Origin: Azolla caroliniana | Taxonomy: Eukaryota > Plantae > Polypodiophyta | NCBI GenBank assembly: GCA_043228905.1 | Contig: JBHGNT010000018.1 | Location: forward strand, 10,416,001 to 10,480,000 | Length of the DNA: 64,000 bases | Direction of reading: 5' to 3' | Shown: positions 50,601 through 60,265 of the stretch, piece after piece | How the letters are laid out: the number at the start of each line of letters is the position of its first letter | Position numbering within the stretch: the stretch's first letter is position 1 | Position numbers and translations under genes: made by a program | The notes under the pieces: model-generated | Database searches by the model: none | The model's input: only the letters and a program-made list of their open reading frames with translations | Told to the model about the DNA's origin: nothing

Positions 50601-51840
50601 AACACGCAAGCGAAATTGAAGCGACAGGGACACGCCCATCCGACAGCCATGGTTCGGGCGGCCAACTCTAATGATGGGACAATACAACTACAATGTCGTG
50701 TCGACGACATGCCTTTGACGGCGGTAATCGACACAGGAGCATCGCTAACCCCTTTCTCCTTTGAAACATGGAGACCTCTAGGTTGCCCAAACCTCGAAGT
50801 GTGCAACGACAACTTCCGTGGCTTCGATGGGTCTACGTCATGTTGCCTGGGAATCTTCGGGTGTAACATCAAGACAGAATACAACGTGCACTTAATCCAA
50901 GTTCGGGTACTCCCACCCGGAGTGATGCACACACAATGCCTCCTCGGTTTAGATTGGTGTCGCATAAGCGAATGTCTCCTATCACCCAGCAAACACATCG
51001 TCTCTTTTCAAACAGGAGGTGGACTGAAGTCCGAGGACCTCCTCGCAAACAACACTCGAATCACATCCCGTTGTCCTCGCTGACCCCCAAAGCGTTGAGC
51101 TACCCAAACAAGCAACACACCGACACCCACCGGCCGCCCATCGCCAACGCGACACTAACAATAGAACACAGACACCCAAACTACGAGAATGGGTGAACGT
51201 CCACGCTGTGTTCGCTGAAGGCCCACGCTACGGAGAGCGTGCGGTATGGCGAGTCAGGAAAATACTCACAACCGCACAAGGGTGGCACAATGGCGCCACT
51301 AGCTTCTGGGTCCCGAAACGAAGCCGACTCCCCAGTCTCAATCATACCACGCCTGCAGGGGACATTGATGAACCCCAAGACGTGGAGTCGCTCAACCAAA
51401 CCGAACGCCAACACCCACTGGCCACCCAAGACCAACGCGACGTTGACGTCAGAACACGGACACCCAAACCACAGGAATGGGTGAATGTTCACGTTGTTTT
51501 TGCGGACGGGCAACGTTGTGGAGAATCCGCCATTTGGCGAGTCAAAAAGACACTCACAACAGCACAAGGTTGGTACAAAGGCGCCACTAGCTTTTGGGTC
51601 CCGAAACGAAGCCGACTCCCCAGTCGCGATCATACCACACCTGTAGTGGACACCCGAAAAGCACACACATTAGCCCGGTATCCCGCCCAGGCTAAAGCCA
51701 CAGGAAGCGACAAGCCTAAACAACTGAGAGACCAAACACCCCGTAGGAAGGTTTCACAAATCCTCCCCACCCCCTTAACAAACATGCCGCAGGTTTGGAT
51801 CCTTAAAAGTCACAAATCCGGAACCTCACACGATACCTGA
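47624..51840 (+). pseudogene. pol: Pol RT-RH-INT-GPY/F-coiled coil-aspartic protease-2x96-aa repeats (frameshifts near 47950, 50213, 51050)
   Basis: ORFs 47624, 47968, 50022 and 51193 chain through single frameshifts; DTG at 50730-50738, LLGLDW at 50940-50957. Confidence 0.88.
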
Positions 51841-51961
51841 GTGACACTCCCTCCACAGTCGCATCCTCAAGGTTCCTCAAAAGCCCTTAATTTACCCAAT
51901 CACCTACCACGTTTCCCGGAGACCCCCGTTTAGACCGCCCTCACCATCGGTATCCGAATCC

Positions 51962-52191
51962 TTTTTTATTTTTTATTTTTTATTTTATTTTATTTTATTT
52001 TCTGTTTTATTTTTTATTTTCTATTATTTTTGTTGTTTGTTAATTTTATTTATTTCTTTTATCTATTTAGTTATTTTTATTTTTTTAATTTATTAATTTA
52101 TTTTTATTTTTTATTTATTTTTATTTATTTTTATTTATATTTAATTTAAATTTATTTTTTATTTTTTATTTTATTTAATTTTATTTATTTT

Positions 52192-52222
<31 letters not shown>

Positions 52223-52290
52223 TTTTTTTTATTTTTTTTATTTTTTATTTTTTTTTAATTTTTTAAATTTTTGCTTTTTCTTTTTTTTCG
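51962..52290. repeat. T-rich low-complexity tract (TTTA/TTTTA)n
   Basis: About 330 bp of almost only T and A. Confidence 0.97.
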
Positions 52291-52969
52291 TTTTTCTCCT
52301 TTTTCTTCTTCTCCTTCTTTTTTCTCCTTCTTTGCTCTACCTCCCCTCCCTCCTTTTTTTTCACTCTCCTCTTTCTGCTTATCCCCTCCCTTCTCACTCC
52401 ACGCTTCCACGCTCTGCAGCAGTCTTCCCCCCCTCCCCGCTCACACTATTCCTCCCCTTGCCCCACCCCAATCTCTGTTTGTGGCTTTCTCCCACCCTCA
52501 GCAGCCCCGCCCCTCCTCCACCGGTTGCCTGCTCTGGTCGCTGCCTCGCCTCCCCCACACCTTGCTTTCCCACGCCTCGGGTAGGCCCTCCCTCCCCCCC
52601 CCCCCTCTCTCTCGTTTTGACACACCACACTGCACTCCCCTTGTACCTACCCTTCGTTCCTCTGCGGGGGCCATGGCCGCCGCCACGACGCTGTCCTCCT
52701 CCCCTTGTCACCGCCACACTACGGGCCTCCCAGCTGTGGCGGCCATCGCCGACACACTATGTCTACACTCCTCCCGTGGCGGCCATCGCCACTGCCCCAT
52801 CGCCGCCGCCCCTCCTCGTGGCGCTACCCGTCCACGCTGCCCCACCGTTCCGACGTTTTTTCTCTCTTTCTCTTCTTTCTTTTGTTCCCCCCGAGGTGGC
52901 TGCGACAGCCGCCTCGTCGTTTCACCCTCCCCACGTCATTGGCCATTTCCAGCCCACTCCCCCGCGTGG

Positions 52970-53425
52970 TTCGAAGGACCCAACCCCTCGAACCACCTGT
53001 TGTTCGAGGAGCCCAACCCCTCGAACTCCCCGTTGTCCGAGGGGTCCAACCCCTCGAACTACACAGCGTTCGAGGGGCCCAACCTCTCAAACTACACAAC
53101 GTTTGAGGGGCCCAACCCCTCGAACTCCCCGTTGTCCGAGGGGTCCAACCCCTCGAGCTACACAACGTTCGAGGGGTCCAACCCCTCGAACTACACAGCG
53201 TTCGAGGGGCCCAACCTCTCGAACTACACAGTGTTCGAGGGGCCCAACCCCTCGAACTCCCCGTTGTCCGAAGGGTCCAACCCCTCGAACTACACAACGT
53301 TCGAGGGGCCCAACCTCTCGAACTACACAGCGTTCGAGGAGTCCAACCCCTCGAACACTGTGCGCAGTGTTCGAGGGGCCCAACTCCTCGAACCACGCGT
53401 TGTTCGAGGAGCCCAACTCCTAGAC
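52970..53425. repeat. 33-bp tandem array (about 14 copies), each with a hairpin
   Basis: TTCGAGGGG-CCCAA-CCCCTCGAA followed by CTACACAGCG or CTCCCCGTTG linkers. Confidence 0.96.
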
Positions 53426-53467
53426 CACGTAACCCTTCGTTGTAACGTTATCGCGAAATTAGGACCC

Positions 53468-53520
53468 AAAATAAATAAATAAATAAATAAAAATAAAATA
53501 AAATAAAATAAAATAAAATA
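53468..53520. repeat. (AAAT)n/(AAAAT)n microsatellite
   Basis: Read directly from the sequence. Confidence 0.97.
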
Positions 53521-53677
53521 ACAGAGGTGGGGGGGAATTTATGGAAACTACTCGAACTCGCTGCTTCGTCACCACATTTACCCGAGTTACTCCGTAGTTA
53601 GGACTCCACGTCCCGCTCCCAGCCGGGGAATCTATTGAAACTACCCATACTTGCTGATTCATCACCACAGTTACCTA

Positions 53678-53698
53678 TACTAATATTTTTCCTCGCAG
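53678..53698 (+). promoter_or_regulatory. Putative branch point and 3' splice acceptor
   Basis: TACTAAT-ATTTTTCCTCG-CAG|GT, 10 nt upstream of ATG 53709. Confidence 0.6.
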
Positions 53699-53708
53699 GT
53701 TGCCAACG

Positions 53709-56540
53709 ATGACGCCTCCCCAATTTATCAAACTCCTCCACGCATACTACCCCGACGCAGGGTGCAGTTCCTTAGTCATTCCAGCGGTGTTCAACAATAC
53801 CCGATGTACTTACCGGGTTCCCACGGCCGCCACGCAGCTCAAGTACCTCGAACCCGACATGTTCGCCACGCTCTCACGACTTGGCCTCAAGTTCTTCCTC
53901 GGGATCGGGCCGTGGGGCGTCCTACCCGAACTGGTCAACCATTTCCTCATCGGGTACAACCCCAATACGGGCCATGTCAATATGCAGCCTTTCGTAGACT
54001 CCCCCCCCCGTCGCATTCCAGTTCACCACGGCCGACGTTTGTGCTACGTTGCATTTACCCCTCGAGGGCGCCCCCTTCCGCACCACGAGGACCCCGGGGG
54101 TTGTCCCCGGCATCATTCCTGTCACCTACGTCGAATATTCTGGACGTGAAGGGTGGCGTTACACCGAAATCCCTCTCCATCTCCATGACCATTGTAGCGC
54201 CATAGCCCAAATCGGCGACACCGCATCTACCGACGCCACCGCTCGTATCACCGGTGAGTACCTCAAGTGGGCACATGATCCACAACCAATCCAGTGGGTT
54301 CACGAGCTTGTCCGCCGGGTCCGAGAATGGCACACACGGCCCAAATCGACTATCAATTTCGCGTGGTTCCTCACCCGCTACTTGTGTGCAAAGTTCAGCA
54401 TCGGACCCCCGCCCCTCCCTTCGTACGCTACCAAGAACGCTTCCGCAAGATCACTGTCCCAGGCCAACTCGAACGCCTTCGTCTACCTGAACGCGACTTT
54501 TTACGACAAGTGCACCAAGGTGAACAGGCACGGCCACCAGCACACAAACAACCCCCGATCACCCACGTGTCAGCCGAAGCTAACCTCGACACCCCTGAGG
54601 ATATCACGAATCGTGTCAAGGAATTCCAGACACACGAGTTCACCCCCACCGAAATCCAAGCCTTGTCCACCACTTTCCACTATGTGTCACATCAGACCAC
54701 AACCACGACTCTGCGTTCCCGCAGTTGCACCACTGAGTCAATCTTACGCCACCAACGGAACCCGCCAACCCCGCCTCCACCCACCTCGCCAACCCCTCCA
54801 CCCCACGAATCCTCTCCCCCCGCTCCGGCCACAACTACCCCACCTTTCTTGTCCACCACCACCGACGACACCCCGCAACCCCGACCCCATAAACTCGCCC
54901 GCCACACCGCTCCCAACACCGAAACCCCCGACCGGCCCCCGACCGCAACCTCGGCAGTTCCTCTCCAACCCACCCTCGCCCCCGCCCAAATGACAACCCC
55001 GCTTCCACCACCCCGCCTCCCGACCTCCGTGCCCTACCCGACCTCCCTTACTGCAGTTACTACCCACCCTACCTCCTCCCTCGCCGTCCCCCCCAAACCC
55101 TTAACCGACATGGTGGCCGACCTCCTAAAGATGACTGTTGTCATGAACCGCCGCCTACTTCAAGTTCAGGCAGAAGCCCAACAGACCGCCACCAACCAAC
55201 ACGAGACGTCCACACGGAACGAGATCTTGGTCGCTGAGGTACGGAGCGCCCTCCATACCAACGCATGCCAAGCGGCCGCCCACGACCTCCTCAAGCAAGA
55301 ACTCTTGACAACGCAAACCCGACACCAACAACTCGCTGACGAATTCCAACAAGCTCGGACAACTTGGCACCACGACCAGGAACGCGTTGCGCAAACACAT
55401 GCCAAACTTTCGTCCGAGTACATCCGCCTCACCACCCAACACCAACTGACCGAGGCCCGCCTCGCAGCCGTGACGGCTGATCTCTCCGAACGGTCCGAGG
55501 CCCTGGCCACCGCCATGGCCACCACTCACCAACTCACGAGCGAGATCACCACCCTCAAGGCTGAACGAGATGCCATGATTCACCAAGTCGAAGTCGCCAA
55601 TGAACGCAATCGATGTCTCCTCACCAAACACCGCCGCCAATGCGCCGACCTCGAAAAGGACATCCTTCAACTACGCACGTCCAAAGCCGCCCTTGAACAT
55701 GCCCTCACCCCCGGTGCGACGAACCCCTCCACCGGTCAAACCCCTCTCCTTACCCCAGCTAGCTCTCCGAATATGATCCAGGCACTCTCGGTGTACGTGA
55801 CCTCGACCTCCCTGCTCTCCGAACTTTTCACTGCACCACGCACACCACGCACCCTCCTCATCCAAGCAACGTGCGTCCTTCGGTCGTTAGCCGCCACGCG
55901 TCGCGTATTCTTTGACGAAACCACACCCCCAGACCGGCAGACCTTCATCCGAGTACTCCCCGAAGACAACCACGCCCTCGCCCTCTTCATGTTATACCAG
56001 GAAGCCACCGAAGAACCCGCTCCCCCAGCCGTCGACCTCTTCCCCCAACACCTCCCCATTTTGTTCCTCGAAGGTATGGCCTACCTTCACACCGCCCTCA
56101 CCCCCGACTTGGACATCTCTGACCTGATCTATTTCACCTACCCTTCTGATGTCACGATGCAAGTCACCGAAGACCAGTTGGCCCACCTCTTCACAACACT
56201 GGTGCGCTTACACCACATCGCTGACACCCTCACCTGCACCCTGTTGGAAAACACAACGACCTCCGTACCCCCTTTCGGTTTCCTCTGGCTAGTACGCGCT
56301 TGGCAAACCACCTGGGATGTCGGGGTTCGTACTCACATATTCAGCATCGAATACGCCACGTTCAACTGGCCCACCGACCTCGAGGCTGACAACATACCGG
56401 AATTAGCCCGATACCTCGACGTTTCCCATGAGTATCAACTCATGACGTTCGATGAGGCTCGTGCTCGTGCCCTCCTACCCCCGCACCCCGCTTCTCCCCC
56501 CCCCAGAGATCGACCTGGAGGGGGACCACGACTCACTTGA
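53709..56540 (+). pseudogene. 3' extra ORF of the Athila-like element (globular N-domain, Pro/Thr linker, coiled coil, helical C-domain); two frameshifts
   Basis: ORFs 53700, 54049 and 54294 overlap in series; LGLKFFL..LPELVNHFL resembles plant-retroelement accessory domains. Confidence 0.75.
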
Positions 56541-56586
56541 TGAACCCGACACCCAGCCACCTCCTCGCCCTCGCCCTCCCTCCTCC

Positions 56587-56679
56587 CTTTGATAGCATCA
56601 CTTTGATAGCATCACGCTCAAATGCTTCGGCATGTCCAGGAGCATTATCAAGGATTAGAAGCACTTTGCGATTAGTTCG
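56587..56679 (-). pseudogene. pogo/Tigger-type DDE transposase fragment
   Basis: NRKVLLILDNAPGH..AIKV is a DDE_1 family signature; 14-bp tandem duplication CTTTGATAGCATCA at the break. Confidence 0.7.
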
Positions 56680-57151
56680 TGTTATTCGCTTAGCCGGACA
56701 AGGCCTAACACAAGGTGTCACGGAGACACTTCACCAAAGGGTGATTACGGCATAGGATTAAGATTCAACGAGTACACCGACTTACATAGGTTACACGATT
56801 AGAATGCTTCGGTTAATTACACGCGTAAGATATAACAGTGATTACAGAACGGAAATCAAGACAGAAGTACAAACATCATAAGCTCTATTAATTATCCGCT
56901 GCTATTACAATGGGGTCCGGGCCTTTAAATAGGTTTCCGGCCCGTAGTACAAAACGGTGCCTCTCGCACCTATTCGGGATCCGTCCGGATCTGGAACGGC
57001 ATACCGTTTCCAGTCCGTCCGTCCACACTATCCTCATTTACAACCATATCTAATTAATTCCTTCACTCCGTATTTTGGACTCCTTGCCGGCCGGTAACAC
57101 ATGGCACGCCCGTGGGACAGTACCTTGTACGTCGAACCCTTCTCGACCCCT

Positions 57152-59836
57152 TCATTGTTCACCCAAATTGTCCAAAATACTTTGCTCAAGAATTTCCACT
57201 TGTTCCTCTTGTTGTGGTTGTTGCGGCTGTGCTTGCTGCTGCTGCTGTGGTTGCGGCTGGGACTGAGGTTGCTCCGGCTGCTCTGCTTGCTGCTGCTGCT
57301 CCGTTTGTTTCGCTGACTCCGGCTGCTCCGTTTGTCTTTCTGACTCCGGCATCTCAGTTTGACTGCTTCCAGTCCGGTCTCCTTCGAGTAGCGGTTCCTC
57401 ATCACTGAGGTTGACCGTAACTGGTTCTCGTTCTTTCTCTCCCCGGGTCCGGGACCTCTCGTAGCTTTCAAACTGGATCTGCGCCTCCAGCCTGTCGTCG
57501 TCCAGCTGAGCTACAAGTTGCCGGACTTGCTCTAGTTGGTCCTCTGCCAAGGCTTGAAAGTCTTCGGCAAGCTCATCTCTTATGCCGGTGAAATCTTCAG
57601 AATTCAGCATATAGCAATCATCTCCCTCCTTCCGCCGGTTCTCTACGTCAGCCCGGAGCAATTGGAGTTCCGCCGCGTTCGTGGCCCACTTGGTCCACCA
57701 TTTGACGGAGCCGTTGTCAATCAAGCTCTTGGTCTGGTTCAACCAGGCCCGCATGATATCCTGGATGCGACTTGCTCCCATTTGTGCTCTGCTTTCCACC
57801 ACTTGTCGCTCCTCCTTCAACTGCTTGATGAGATTTGCCGTATCCTCCGCCTGCTCTCTGTAGCGCGTCAGCTGCCCTTGATATGTCGTTTGCAGCCTCT
57901 GCAGTACCTCCGCCGCTCTTTCTTTTTCCGCCTGCTGTTGCCTGAGGAGCTCTGTCCGAACCTTCTCCGCCTCTTCCAACCGTCTTCTGTTTTCCGCTTG
58001 TTCCTTGGCGAATGCGGTTGCGGTCCGATCAACGGCTTGCCGGAGCTCATCCGTCCGTTCCTTGTGCTCCGTTTGCAACCGTTTATACTCCCGGTGCAAT
58101 TGCTCAAATTCCTCCGTTTTTTGTTTGAGCTTGCCGTTGATTTGGCGATGGTTCCGGTCCTCCCGGTCCTTTACCTGCCGGAGTTCCTCTTTCAGGCGCT
58201 CTACTTCTGTTTCGGCGTTCCTCCGGAGCTTGTCCTTCTCTTGCAGCATTTTCTCCTTTTCCTCCTTGAGCCGGTCGTATGCTTGGTGGCCTTTCCGTAA
58301 GCTCTCCTCGGCCCGGCGTAGATTCTCAGCAGTCTTTTTGAGTTCTGCCTCCGCTGCCGTCCTCAATTCTCTTTCGCGGCTCCTCAGCGCTTCTTGGGCA
58401 GCTAGCTCATCCTTCAAATCCGCAAGCTCTTGGGCTTGTGCCGCATTTCTCTCCGGAACGGTTTCCATTGCCGGGGTCTGATTGCTATGTACAGGTTGAT
58501 TTGACACTTTATTCTGTACATTGCCCGGAGTCACCGGTGCTTGGACTTGTGTTGTCACAGCCACTTGAGCCCTGTCCAAGTCTTGTTCCAGGCTCCGGAT
58601 TCTGGACCGGGCCGTCTCTAGATCTACGGTTGTGACGAGCAACCGTTCCTGGTGCGCTCTCTCTTCCGCCTCTATATACTCGACCACTCCGGCGATTTGC
58701 TCGCCTACCCACCGTAGCCACATGCTACTGGTGCCTTGTTGTTGTACTGGTCGGGTCGGCTCATTCCCTGTGGAATTGTCTGGCCTGAGTGCCTGCATAT
58801 GCCGTTCTGGTTCTACTCCTTGGCCGCCGTGTGTGCTGGCTGTGCTCGCCGGCTGTTGCGTTCCGGTTCCCGCCGTCTCCGCAGCCGTTGGCATGACTTC
58901 TTCTATAGAAGTCGCCAAGACCGGTTCCCTACGCACCGGTTCCGGTTCTTCCCTTGTGGTTTGCTCAGGTTGAGTTGGGGGCGTTTCGGCCTCTCGCGGG
59001 TACGACCGCTCCCCTCCTGTCTCGGCGGTCCTACTTCTTGACCGTCGTTGGAGGTGCTCTTCTGGCTCCTCCGTTTCCTCTTCCTGTGTCACGGCATGCT
59101 TCTGTGCCGTCAAGGGTTCCGGTTCCTTCTGTCCCGGTCTCCGTAAGGTTATCTTGACGGGTCGGACCGGTGACACCTCCTCCGGTTCTTGGACCCGTTT
59201 CTTCCCTTTCGTCGCCTTCGACGCCAGCAGCTGCTGTCGTTTGGACGCCGGCTTCGAGGTGCTTCCTTCCGATACTCTTGGCCGCTTCTTTGGCTGGACG
59301 GTCTCGACCGGCGGCACGAGCAATGTTATCCATTGAGCTACGGCGTGCCACAGCTTCCGGCCCTCCTTGCCGTCCTTCCCTCGTACCATGTCGATTGCCA
59401 TGCACAACCCGTCTGCAATCAACACCGGCCAGTCCACCTTGACCCCTTCATAGGTGGCTATGATCATCCCTGCCCCATTTTTTGGCATGACAGGGGGTCG
59501 GGGGTACACGTGACCGTACTCATGGAGCACTCGAGCTATCTCCCTGAATAGCGGATCTTCGCCGCCCTGCGTCCGATAGCCTTTGCCGGCAACAGAGTAC
59601 TCACCGAAATATCGGGTGAGTTGCTCCGAGGTTGGGTTATCGATCTGAAAGATTCCTCCCTCCGGAAGGCCTGTTAGCGCGCGGATCGCTTCCTCGGTGA
59701 TGACCTCTGTGGCGAGCTCCTTGATGACCCGGTCGGCTTCTCTGTGCGGCGGTGCCTCCATGATGGCCAAGAACCCCTCCAGTCCGTTTTGCCTGAACCA
59801 TTTCCTGGCCGCTTCCGACAGCGTTTGTGGTTCCAT
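57152..59836 (-). CDS. Intact antisense accessory ORF, 894 aa (N-terminal plant-mobile-like domain, basic/acidic linker, long coiled coil, Gln-rich tail)
   Basis: Uninterrupted frame open from 60136, probable start MEPQTL. Motifs GLEGFL, ITEEAIRALTGLP, GVKVDWPVLIA, and an extended E/K/R/Q heptad region. Confidence 0.88.
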   Translation of the reverse strand: MEPQTLSEAARKWFRQNGLEGFLAIMEAPPHREADRVIKELATEVITEEAIRALTGLPEGGIFQIDNPTSEQLTRYFGEYSVAGKGYRTQGGEDPLFREIARVLHEYGHVYPRPPVMPKNGAGMIIATYEGVKVDWPVLIADGLCMAIDMVRGKDGKEGRKLWHAVAQWITLLVPPVETVQPKKRPRVSEGSTSKPASKRQQLLASKATKGKKRVQEPEEVSPVRPVKITLRRPGQKEPEPLTAQKHAVTQEEETEEPEEHLQRRSRSRTAETGGERSYPREAETPPTQPEQTTREEPEPVRREPVLATSIEEVMPTAAETAGTGTQQPASTASTHGGQGVEPERHMQALRPDNSTGNEPTRPVQQQGTSSMWLRWVGEQIAGVVEYIEAEERAHQERLLVTTVDLETARSRIRSLEQDLDRAQVAVTTQVQAPVTPGNVQNKVSNQPVHSNQTPAMETVPERNAAQAQELADLKDELAAQEALRSRERELRTAAEAELKKTAENLRRAEESLRKGHQAYDRLKEEKEKMLQEKDKLRRNAETEVERLKEELRQVKDREDRNHRQINGKLKQKTEEFEQLHREYKRLQTEHKERTDELRQAVDRTATAFAKEQAENRRRLEEAEKVRTELLRQQQAEKERAAEVLQRLQTTYQGQLTRYREQAEDTANLIKQLKEERQVVESRAQMGASRIQDIMRAWLNQTKSLIDNGSVKWWTKWATNAAELQLLRADVENRRKEGDDCYMLNSEDFTGIRDELAEDFQALAEDQLEQVRQLVAQLDDDRLEAQIQFESYERSRTRGEKEREPVTVNLSDEEPLLEGDRTGSSQTEMPESERQTEQPESAKQTEQQQQAEQPEQPQSQPQPQQQQQAQPQQPQQEEQVEILEQSILDNLGEQ

Positions 59837-60159
59837 GTCTGCTTCAAGGTCGAGGGAAGATGGCGAGGTAGAGTGGTGATGAGGGTGAGAGCGAGAGAGA
59901 GAGCGTTCTGAGCGCGGGGGTTCTCTGCGTGCAGGTTCGCGTTTGCTCAGCTTCCACTGCCTTGGTGCTTCTGTGCTTCTTGGCTCGCGAAAAAAGAAGG
60001 TCTCCATGCGCTCCTCTTTTTCTCTGTGCGTCTTGGCGCCTTTTTTCGAGCATGCGCACGTCGTGTACCGATTTAGTATTAAGTATGTGGCGGCTCTTAA
60101 ATGCCCACTACGTACCTTTTCGCGCCTTGCTTTCACACCCGTTCATACCTCGATTTTTA

Positions 60160-60162
<3 letters not shown>

Positions 60163-60197
<35 letters not shown>
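60163..60197. repeat. Poly(T) tract
   Basis: About 35 consecutive T. Confidence 0.97.
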
Positions 60198-60265
60198 CTA
60201 TTAATGACGGTGTGTGACCTTACACATCCGTAGGTCCCTTCGGACCCTGACCGTTTTCCTTACGG

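Larger units (their letters stand above)
47328..56586 (+). mobile_element. Athila-like non-chromovirus Gypsy fragment: RT-RH-INT-protease-repeats, repeat-rich spacer, 3' extra ORF; both LTRs lost
   Basis: LLTEFSDVFAWSY, IDGFSGYNQI, HTDASAFAIGAVL, ADHFSRI..PFEKWGIDFIGP, GPY. No archaeal-type RNase H between RH and INT. Confidence 0.88.
56680..60265 (+). mobile_element. Arg-primed LTR element (Tat/Ogre-like PBS), 5' portion; interrupted at 60266
   Basis: LTR 56680-57099 (TGTTA...TAACA, TTTAAATAG near 56924). PBS TGGCACGCCCGTGGGAC at 57102-57118, complementary to the tRNA-Arg 3' end. Confidence 0.82.

Noticed and set aside
52970-53425. CRISPR-like array of palindromic repeats
   Set aside because: Linkers are about 10 nt and recur in two types, there are no cas genes, and the context is a eukaryotic retroelement.
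52271-53482. 403-aa and 363-aa ORFs
   Set aside because: They come from stop-poor pyrimidine-rich and 33-bp repeat DNA that is open in several frames, with non-ATG starts.
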